Shown: in pieces, positions 1 through 6,367 of the stretch | Layout of the letters: each line of letters opens with the position of its first letter | How positions within the stretch are numbered: position 1 is the stretch's first letter | IMG/VR virus record: IMGVR_UViG_3300005805_000391 | Location: 1-26,896 of that record | Source: a virus | Taxonomy: Duplodnaviria > Caudoviricetes | Length of the DNA stretch: 26,896 bases | Reading direction: 5' to 3' (one strand) | The notes under the pieces: model-generated | The model's database searches: none | What the model was told of the DNA's origin: nothing | What the model saw: the letters and a program-made list of their open reading frames with translations, nothing else | Program-made: the position numbers and the translations under genes

Positions 1-78
1 GGATCATAGTGAGTAAGTGGCGGCGGGGGACCCATTGCGCGATCCGGGGGGTGGGGGAGGCTTGGGGTCTCCCATTTC

Positions 79-87
79 TGCTATAAT
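79..87 (+). promoter_or_regulatory. Extended -10 sigma70 promoter (TGCTATAAT)
   Basis: TGnTATAAT at 79-87; TTCTGCTATAAT is repeated identically at 708-719; RBS and ATG follow at 125-140. Confidence 0.7.
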
Positions 88-137
88 TGTCTCACCGGAC
101 GATGTTGTCCGGCAATTCTCTCAAAAGAGGAAACAAA

Positions 138-575
138 ATGAAACGCACTACTGAAATTTTGAACAAAGCATTGGCTGACGCAAAGCAAAACGTCAAGTTC
201 ATGCAAAACGATGTGCAGAGACTCAAAGGCAACCGTAGGACTCTGGGCCGCATCGTCAGCAAACTGGTCAAGTGCTTGCGTGATGACGATCACATCCATG
301 TATCGACAGGCGGGCACATCTACATCACGATGCGCAATCTGCCGGGGTTCAAGAGCATGGAGTTGACCATGCTTCTAAATACCCTCGAAAACATGGGGGA
401 GTGCAAGGAAACCCGGGAAACGGCGGAATGCTTGAATCGGGATTATGTCTACAACGTGGAAGACACGAGGGTAAATGTCTGGGCTTACGCTGATGAGGAT
501 AGCGGGGCTTGCCAGCGGGTTCAAGTGGGTGTCGAGCACGTAGAGCGCCCCAAATACATGATCGTCTGCAACTAA
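138..575 (+). CDS. Hypothetical early phage protein (145 aa)
   Basis: ORF 87..575; start moved to ATG 138, after AAGAGG and downstream of the -10 box; followed by a terminator. Confidence 0.8.
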   Translation: MKRTTEILNKALADAKQNVKFMQNDVQRLKGNRRTLGRIVSKLVKCLRDDDHIHVSTGGHIYITMRNLPGFKSMELTMLLNTLENMGECKETRETAECLNRDYVYNVEDTRVNVWAYADEDSGACQRVQVGVEHVERPKYMIVCN

Positions 576-583
576 TCTAAACC

Positions 584-613
584 AACCGGGGGCCGCAAGG
601 TCCCCGGTTTTTT
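584..613 (+). terminator. Rho-independent terminator
   Basis: AACCGGGGGCC-GCAA-GGTCCCCGGTT stem-loop running into a T-tract. Confidence 0.9.
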
Positions 614-691
614 GTGCCCCTGCCGGGGCTTTGATACCAGTTATGCGTGGTCGCGCGCGGTCATGCGTGCGTGCGAATCCTTAAATAGCGT

Positions 692-707
692 GTCGGATGC
701 GTCCGAC
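692..707. promoter_or_regulatory. Palindromic site GTCGG-N6-CCGAC, copy 1
   Basis: GTCGGATGCGTCCGAC occupies the -35/spacer region of the promoter at 711-719. Confidence 0.85.
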
Positions 708-710
708 TTC

Positions 711-719
711 TGCTATAAT
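711..719 (+). promoter_or_regulatory. Extended -10 sigma70 promoter (TGCTATAAT)
   Basis: Consensus TGnTATAAT upstream of GGAG RBS and ATG 802. Confidence 0.75.
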
Positions 720-801
720 ACCAACAGGCCAGACAATAGGTCATTCATTCGAGTGGACTGTGGTTTGTTCTTTTTCTTTTCTCAATCATGGAGTTTTTAA
801 A

Positions 802-1494
802 ATGACTGCAAAGAAAAATGCTATCGCCTATGCGATTGATTCGACCCCTGTATCGTTCAAAGATGCGGGATACAAAGCCGCCCGCGCTGGTGAATCCCTG
901 CGCGCAGTAGCGCAGTATCTGCTCGATACCGCCGAGGGTTTTTACGATAACCCGGTAGTCAACGATCACAAAGAATTGCGCGCTGATTTGGCCGAGGGTT
1001 ACAAACTGCGCGCCCATGAGCTTTGGGGTATCGACCACTACGTCATCAGCAAAGATACGCAACAATGGTTGCCTATTGGCAATAGCGTAAAGACTGCGAA
1101 CATGGAGAAAATTCTCGCGGAGCATAGCGAAGCTAAACGGGAAATTCGACAGATCAATGTCCATTACGTCACGGCCATGAGCACGAACGAATTCACGCAA
1201 TTGAAAAAACGCGACCCGATAGAGGGTGATCTGGTGGATAAGATGCGCGCCAAGTTCCGCAAATATGAACTGGACTGCAATAGCGCGATCATGCGGAAAA
1301 TATCCGAGATATTGGCCGAGGCCAAAGGGGATAAAAAGACCCGCGAAATGGTGCTGTTTACCGATGCCCTGAAAAAGTCTTTCGAGGCTTTCGAGAAATC
1401 GGTCAAAGTAAAACAGACCCGAGGCGATGCAACAGCAGACCCGGTAAAGTTCGCGGTAGCGTTGAACAAGTTCTGGGAAACCTACAATAAATAA
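802..1494 (+). CDS. Hypothetical early phage protein (230 aa)
   Basis: ORF 697..1494; ATG 802 preceded by GGAG; has its own promoter and terminator. Confidence 0.85.
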   Translation: MTAKKNAIAYAIDSTPVSFKDAGYKAARAGESLRAVAQYLLDTAEGFYDNPVVNDHKELRADLAEGYKLRAHELWGIDHYVISKDTQQWLPIGNSVKTANMEKILAEHSEAKREIRQINVHYVTAMSTNEFTQLKKRDPIEGDLVDKMRAKFRKYELDCNSAIMRKISEILAEAKGDKKTREMVLFTDALKKSFEAFEKSVKVKQTRGDATADPVKFAVALNKFWETYNK

Positions 1495-1510
1495 ACAATA
1501 GATGACGACT

Positions 1511-1542
1511 AGCCCGGTGGTTTCGGCCACCGGGCTTTTTTT
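1511..1542 (+). terminator. Rho-independent terminator
   Basis: AGCCCGGTGG-TTTCGG-CCACCGGGCT followed by a T-run. Confidence 0.92.
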
Positions 1543-1700
1543 GCGCCCAGCGAAAGCTGGGTTAGAGACCAGTTACTTGGTGCGCGTGCGTCAACTAAAG
1601 AAGGCGCCCGCGTTTGAAACCAGTTATTTGTCTGCGCGCGCGTACGCAAGCGTGGGAGGGTCGAGCAGCGCCAAGCGAGCATGGGCAGCGACTTTCTTAA

Positions 1701-1723
1701 TTAGTGAGTCGGATGGTTCCGAC
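1701..1723. promoter_or_regulatory. Palindromic site copy 2 with flank (TTAGTGA-GTCGGATGGTTCCGAC)
   Basis: Core 1708-1723 is identical to the core at 3766-3781. Confidence 0.85.
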
Positions 1724-2008
1724 GTGGCTAGGCGAAGCTATAGGCGACGCCATGCGTGGTCAGTTCCAAATCCACGTTCCAAGTTCCAAGTCAGTTCCAA
1801 TACATCTGGAATCCACTTGGAATTCCAGTTTTTCTACACGGTTCCAATCTAGCTGGAACTCGGTTGGAATCTGGAATCACAATTGGAATTCCAGTTTGTT
1901 CCAAGTGCGGCGAGGTGCTGAATATACTTTAGTGTTACATAAATTCCGGTTTAAGTATAGTTTGTTCCAAGCCGGAATTTTTTCTGGAATCGTCATTTTC
2001 CCGTTTAA

Positions 2009-2021
2009 AATCAAGTACTTA
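2009..2021 (+). promoter_or_regulatory. IHF consensus site
   Basis: AATCAAGTACTTA matches WATCAANNNNTTR exactly, with A/T-rich upstream DNA. Confidence 0.55.
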
Positions 2022-2024
2022 TCT

Positions 2025-2033
2025 TGTGGATAA
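2025..2033 (-). promoter_or_regulatory. DnaA box
   Basis: TGTGGATAA is the reverse complement of the consensus TTATCCACA; a degenerate TGTGGAAAT follows at 2036-2044. Confidence 0.55.
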
Positions 2034-2434
2034 CCTGTGGAAATTCCAAAATTCCAGATTTTCCAGAGAACAAAGCCGGACGGGAGCATATCTCTGAGAG
2101 CGAGGCAAGGCTACACGGTGCAAATCATCACCCGACCAAACCTCACAAAACCAAAAAACCCCCATATCGCTCCATCCCGACGTATCCCTTTTTTTCCTTG
2201 GAATCTCTGGAATTTTGGAATTTTTAAATACTACTACTTACATTTTCTTTGTATTCTACCCTCTCAATATCTACCTATAGTAATTCCCCTCAATTCCAAT
2301 ATTCCAATTTTTCTTTCCAGTTCCAACCCTAACTTAACAAATACCAGACACAACCCCTCAAAATCCCGTTCTGCCCCCGCTCACACCCCTCAACAACAAG
2401 CCCACCCCTCCAATTAACTATCTTACGTTAAGAC

Positions 2435-2463
2435 TTGCTTAAAGTATCGAACTAAGCTATAAT
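2435..2463 (+). promoter_or_regulatory. sigma70 promoter
   Basis: TTGCTT-17 bp-TATAAT. Confidence 0.75.
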
Positions 2464-2500
2464 GCAGTTGTGTCGGAACAGAAGCTCTGCAACCCGCCAC

Positions 2501-2523
2501 TTAGTGAGTCGGAACCCTCCGAC
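2501..2523. promoter_or_regulatory. Palindromic site copy 3 with flank (TTAGTGA-GTCGGAACCCTCCGAC)
   Basis: In the 5' leader between promoter 2435-2463 and ATG 2558; extra half-site GTCGGA at 2472-2477. Confidence 0.85.
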
Positions 2524-2557
2524 TTTTATTCAGTCCAATCCAGTTCAGGAGTCAGTT

Positions 2558-2896
2558 ATGCGAGTTGGTTTTTTGGCTACCACATCTGCCCAACCCGATG
2601 CCACAGCTTGGCATCAAGCCCTGCCCCGCAAGGTCCGCAAGACGTTGCGCTTGCACACCCCCAAGACGCCATGCAACGAGGCGCATACAGACCTCACGGC
2701 TGCGATGCACAGGCATGAGGCGAGAGACAGTTACCTGACTATCAACACGGTCGACGAGGACTTCGACCTGACGGGTAGCCAGACCTATGGGGACTGCGAC
2801 TGCCTCGACAACCCCGACAACGAGTACCAGCACCTGACCATCGTCAGGTCCGGGAGAGATACCCGCCGCTGGCTCAAGGGCTACAACATCCTGTAA
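2558..2896 (+). CDS. Hypothetical phage protein (112 aa)
   Basis: ORF 2462..2896; ATG 2558 with AGGAG at 2547-2551. Confidence 0.75.
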   Translation: MRVGFLATTSAQPDATAWHQALPRKVRKTLRLHTPKTPCNEAHTDLTAAMHRHEARDSYLTINTVDEDFDLTGSQTYGDCDCLDNPDNEYQHLTIVRSGRDTRRWLKGYNIL

Positions 2897-2913
2897 GAAA
2901 GAGAGAACACATC

Positions 2914-3192
2914 ATGCAAGAACCTATTGAGACACTCAAATACACCATCGGGGCATGGGCCATGCCCTTTCTGGTCAACGGCGACACGTCGGGCCTGAGC
3001 GACGGGGAGATCACGGGGATCGAGATATGGCACGACCTCGTGACGGACGACTGGCGCGACAGTGACGACAACCTGTGGGTGTTCTTTAGTGAGTCGGTGG
3101 ACTCCGACAGCAGACAGTTCGGCAGGGACGAGATCACCGGGATGATGGACAACGTGTATACGCTGGAAATTGTTTTTAGGAAGGGGAACTGA
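2914..3192 (+). CDS. Hypothetical acidic phage protein (possibly DUF6926-like)
   Basis: 92-aa ORF; the WAMPFLVNGDTSGLSD motif resembles a recurrent phage family (from recall, unverified). Confidence 0.75.
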   Translation: MQEPIETLKYTIGAWAMPFLVNGDTSGLSDGEITGIEIWHDLVTDDWRDSDDNLWVFFSESVDSDSRQFGRDEITGMMDNVYTLEIVFRKGN

Positions 3193-3193
3193 A

Positions 3194-3391
3194 ATGACTG
3201 AGATGCACGAGAGCAATGAGATGTTCCAAGCGTTTGTGGGCAAGACCGTGGCCCGGGTGGATTACGTGGACGACTACGACGAGGGCATCACCGTGATCTT
3301 CACGGACGGATCAATCCTCAATGTGTGTGAGCGTATGCAGGCTGGGCAATTGGATGTGTGTGGCGTTGTGGCACAGGGAGAAAGCAAATGA
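3194..3391 (+). CDS. Hypothetical phage protein (65 aa)
   Basis: ATG 3194 directly after the previous stop, with an AGGGG RBS; ATGA overlap with the next gene. Confidence 0.7.
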   Translation: MTEMHESNEMFQAFVGKTVARVDYVDDYDEGITVIFTDGSILNVCERMQAGQLDVCGVVAQGESK

Positions 3392-3675
3392 CTGTGAATC
3401 AAATCTGGGAAGTCCGGGCCTACTCGACACGGGACTTGTTCAACCTTGGCTTGGAGTGTGAGGATGCCCACGGGTGCTACGAAGTGTTCTCTGAATACTT
3501 CTCATCCCGTGAGGCGGCGCATGCCGTGTACGCCCGAGGCGAGAGGGAGATGGGCATCGTGCATGGGGTGACTTGGCAACTGCGTGGCGTGGTGCTCGAC
3601 GCCCCGTGGACAGAGCAGACTTTCGAGGAACTCAAGCAGGAAATCTTCAAGGGCGATGAGGTTGAGCTACTTTAG
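3388..3675 (+). CDS. Hypothetical phage protein (95 aa)
   Basis: ATG 3388 after GGAG; ATGA coupling. Confidence 0.75.
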   Translation: MTVNQIWEVRAYSTRDLFNLGLECEDAHGCYEVFSEYFSSREAAHAVYARGEREMGIVHGVTWQLRGVVLDAPWTEQTFEELKQEIFKGDEVELL

Positions 3676-3692
3676 AAATTTACTTGGGGATG

Positions 3693-3721
3693 TTGACTTA
3701 TCTGTAAAGTTATGATACAAT
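3693..3721 (+). promoter_or_regulatory. sigma70 promoter of the AAA/vWA operon
   Basis: TTGACT-17 bp-TACAAT with an extended -10 TG. Confidence 0.8.
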
Positions 3722-3765
3722 GTCTTCAAGTCGGGAGGCGCGCGTCGCTTCCCACTCTTTAACGT

Positions 3766-3781
3766 GTCGGATGGTTCCGAC
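3766..3781. promoter_or_regulatory. Palindromic site copy 5 (GTCGGATGGTTCCGAC)
   Basis: In the leader between promoter 3693-3721 and RBS 3792-3796. Confidence 0.85.
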
Positions 3782-3806
3782 TTCAACTGATGGAGGCTAT
3801 CTTCTT

Positions 3807-4022
3807 GTGAGCAACTACCAACCCATGTGTGCGCAATGTAGCGCAGACTTCTCCCCATTACGCGCGGCGGCTGGGTACGTGCTGTGCCTGTCCTGTGGGG
3901 AGAAGGATGCACGGCGGCGCAAGCACACTATCGTCCCTGTCCCCAAATCAAATTACATCGTAGTCACTGACCCTGCCCTACTCATCGGGCTCAACTCATC
4001 GCACAAAGGAGCGAGAACATGA
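3807..4022 (+). CDS. DksA/TraR-like C4 zinc-finger protein (71 aa)
   Basis: GTG 3807 after GGAGG; CAQC-x7-R-x7-CLSC pattern resembles the TraR/DksA C4 finger. Confidence 0.65.
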   Translation: MSNYQPMCAQCSADFSPLRAAAGYVLCLSCGEKDARRRKHTIVPVPKSNYIVVTDPALLIGLNSSHKGART

Positions 4023-4930
4023 ACTTTGAACTTTCTGCGCCAACGGCGCGCATTTCGTTGTCTACTTCTGCTGTTGTTGTAAACGTGGAAGTAAATGTGT
4101 GGACGGCCACGAAGCAGGACAGGTCTATCTCAAACGAGGTGACCACGGCAAAGAACGCGTCGGCTGATGCCGGTCGCTTCACTAAGAACCTGCTGGCCAA
4201 CTGCCCACAGCACAAGGCACTGCTCAACTATCGGCAGACTGTCTACAACTGGATGCAACGGCTCACGTTCGACTGGGCGGGCTCAGCTCGGATTCTTCCG
4301 CATGTATCTCTGCCCAAGTTCAAGGCTGAGTACGACGCGCATGAGCGCGAGTTTGGCAAGCTGCTCGATGAGTTTGTGGCGGTCTACCCGTCACTGGTCT
4401 CAGACGCCGCGTTCAAGCAGGGTGACATGTTTGATCGGTCGGACTATCCCGACGTGTCAGAAATCAGGGGCAAGTTCCGTGTGAAGTTGTTTGTGACAAA
4501 GGTTCCCGAGAATGACTTCCGCTCCGGTGAGATCGCTGATGCCATCGTCAACGACTTGAAGCAACACTACGAGCAGCAGGTCAGCGAGATCGTGGACAAC
4601 ATCATGGAGGACGCGGCTGAACGGTTCCTGAGCATCGCCTCTCGCCTGAGGAATTCTTGTGAGGAAGCACAGCCCGATGACACTGGCAAGGTCAAGCGCA
4701 AGAAGGTCTACGAGACGACTGTCACACAGGCGCGGGAGATCGCCAAGACGTTGCAGGGGTTCAACTTGACAAATAACGCGGCTCTGCGTGAGGCTTGCGT
4801 GGCGCTGGAGAACACACTGAGCGGCGTGTCGATGGATGACCTGCGCGAGAGTTCATACGTCCGACAAACTGTCAAGTCGGACATTGACGACATCCTGAGT
4901 AAGTTTGCCCCGTTGGGCGGAGGAGTTTGA
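4019..4930 (+). CDS. Conserved helical phage protein, DUF3150-like
   Basis: 303-aa ORF; typical partner upstream of MoxR AAA+/vWA genes; family assigned by recall and context only. Confidence 0.6.
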   Translation: MNFELSAPTARISLSTSAVVVNVEVNVWTATKQDRSISNEVTTAKNASADAGRFTKNLLANCPQHKALLNYRQTVYNWMQRLTFDWAGSARILPHVSLPKFKAEYDAHEREFGKLLDEFVAVYPSLVSDAAFKQGDMFDRSDYPDVSEIRGKFRVKLFVTKVPENDFRSGEIADAIVNDLKQHYEQQVSEIVDNIMEDAAERFLSIASRLRNSCEEAQPDDTGKVKRKKVYETTVTQAREIAKTLQGFNLTNNAALREACVALENTLSGVSMDDLRESSYVRQTVKSDIDDILSKFAPLGGGV

Positions 4931-4931
4931 A

Positions 4932-5150
4932 ATGAGTGATCTGGAAATTGTATTGCTAATCGCGCTGGGCGTGATGATAGCTCTGTGGGAGATGGAGCGT
5001 AGACGTGCGAAGAATACATTTGTGGTCGCCGCTATGTTCCACAGATCGCTGATAGGAGTGGCGAGGAAAGAGATGACCCTGATGTTTGACAAGGACGACA
5101 AGCTGGTGATCACAGAGGTCGCATCCGAGAAGACTGTAACGATTCAATAA
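4932..5150 (+). CDS. Small membrane-anchored protein (72 aa)
   Basis: ATG 4932 after GGAGGAG; N-terminal hydrophobic IVLLIALGVMIALW followed by ERRR. Confidence 0.75.
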   Translation: MSDLEIVLLIALGVMIALWEMERRRAKNTFVVAAMFHRSLIGVARKEMTLMFDKDDKLVITEVASEKTVTIQ

Positions 5151-5174
5151 CCCAACCTGAAAGGAAACGCAACT

Positions 5175-6266
5175 ATGTCCAAAATCAATCTTATTCCACG
5201 CGTGTCTCTGACCGAAGCGCGTGAGGTCATCCGTGCAATCGGCCACGAGCTAACCCCGATCCTCATCTCCGAGCCGGGTGTGGGCAAGTCCAGCGTACTC
5301 AAGATGCTGGAGGAAGATATGGGGTCGGATGAGTACGACTACATATATGTCGACTGCCCTGTCAAGGACATGATGGACATCGCCGCCTCGATTCCCAATC
5401 ACGAGAGCAAATCTCTGGAGTACTACGTCTCAACGCTCTTCAAGCTGGGCAACGGCAAGAAGAAGGTGATCATGCTCGACGAGTTCATGAAAGCTCCGAA
5501 GCTCTTGCAAGTTATCTTCACTAGGATGATGCTTGAGAGAACCGTGGGTGATGAAGCTCTGCCCAAGGGGTCTATCGTGTTCGGCACGAGCAACAACGCA
5601 ACCGATGGGGTGGGCGACACCATGCTGGCTCACGCGGCCAACCGTGTTTGTTTGCTTCACGTATGCAAGCCTACCGTTGAGGAGTGGAATGCGTGGGCTG
5701 GCGTGATTGATCCCGATACTGGCAAGCCCCGCGTAGCGCGTTCCATCCGTGCTTGGGTGGCCATGAATCGCAAGGCGATGAAGTCGTACCTCGACCCGGA
5801 TCAGGAGGACAACGAGTTCATCTTCAAACCAGCGATGACGGCGCGGTCGTTCGTGTCTCCCCGCTCACTGGCCAAGGCGTCAATCATCGTCGAGAGTCGA
5901 GACAAGCTCACCGAGAACGCTGTCATGTCGGCACTGTCCGGCACGATAGGTGAGAGTGCGGCGCGGTCGATGTCTGCCTTCATCAATCTGGAGGGCAAGC
6001 TCATGCCGTATGCCACGATCATGAAAGACCCAACGGGTGTTGATGTTCCAAGCGATGTATCTGCGCTGATCATGATGATGTTTGAGGCGGTCGACTGCAT
6101 CAGCAATCAGACCGAGTTGAACACGTACATGGAGTTCATCAACCGTATCAAGAACGCTGAAGTTCAGAGTATGTTCTTCACGATGATTGTGCGGAGCAAG
6201 CCTGCGCTGGCGCGGTACAACGAGGCCATCAGGAATTGGTCTGTCGAAAATCACATGATCATGTGA
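5175..6266 (+). CDS. MoxR/dynein-related AAA+ ATPase
   Basis: Walker A SEPGVGKS, Walker B VIMLDE, sensor-1 GTSN, arginine-finger region AANR, SPRS motif. Confidence 0.9.
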   Translation: MSKINLIPRVSLTEAREVIRAIGHELTPILISEPGVGKSSVLKMLEEDMGSDEYDYIYVDCPVKDMMDIAASIPNHESKSLEYYVSTLFKLGNGKKKVIMLDEFMKAPKLLQVIFTRMMLERTVGDEALPKGSIVFGTSNNATDGVGDTMLAHAANRVCLLHVCKPTVEEWNAWAGVIDPDTGKPRVARSIRAWVAMNRKAMKSYLDPDQEDNEFIFKPAMTARSFVSPRSLAKASIIVESRDKLTENAVMSALSGTIGESAARSMSAFINLEGKLMPYATIMKDPTGVDVPSDVSALIMMMFEAVDCISNQTELNTYMEFINRIKNAEVQSMFFTMIVRSKPALARYNEAIRNWSVENHMIM

Positions 6267-6274
6267 GGTGGTAG

Positions 6275-6367
6275 ATGTTCACAGTAAGTGAGAAAGTAGT
6301 GAGGGTGACGGTGCTGTTCATCGCCGTCCTTGTTTTGTTGTTAGATGTTTTTTATTGGAGGCCATGA
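6275..6367 (+). CDS. 30-aa single-TM microprotein (MFTVSEKVVRVTVLFIAVLVLLLDVFYWRP)
   Basis: Translated by hand; GAGGTGG RBS; fills the AAA-vWA gap; ATGA overlap with the vWA gene. Confidence 0.75.
   Translation: MFTVSEKVVRVTVLFIAVLVLLLDVFYWRP

Larger units (their letters stand above)
1763..2326. repeat. TTCCA/TGGAA pentamer array (iteron-like); putative replication origin region
   Basis: About 27 TTCCA/TGGAA copies by manual count; 15-bp direct repeat 1817-1831/1883-1897; perfect 18-bp inverted repeat 2041-2058/2206-2223; AT-rich stretch ~2210-2310. Confidence 0.8.

Noticed and set aside
692-707. TCCGAC half-sites equal the MmeI recognition sequence (TCCRAC)
   Set aside because: Several copies have GCCGAC or CCCGAC instead. 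The fixed 6-bp spacing and one-sided flank are not explained by a restriction site, and phages usually deplete such sites.
745-1530. 261-aa minus-strand ORF
   Set aside because: Antisense shadow of the + strand gene, which has a promoter, RBS and terminator.
1783-1797. GTTC-N7-GTTC, matching the alphaproteobacterial LexA box
   Set aside because: It is an expected by-product of the dense GTTCCAA array and is not positioned at a promoter.
1804-1897. Two ~28-bp imperfect repeats separated by 37 bp, CRISPR-like spacing, in a genome with a Cas4-like gene
   Set aside because: There are only two copies and the spacer contains the same pentamers. There is no cas operon, and the Cas4-like nuclease sits in the replication module as is usual for phages.
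1502-2417. ORFs 1502..1852, 1704..2033, 1877..2089, 2024..2227 and 2037..2417
   Set aside because: They lack RBSs, cross terminators and repeat arrays, and translate to repeat-derived low-complexity sequence. The region is treated as non-coding.
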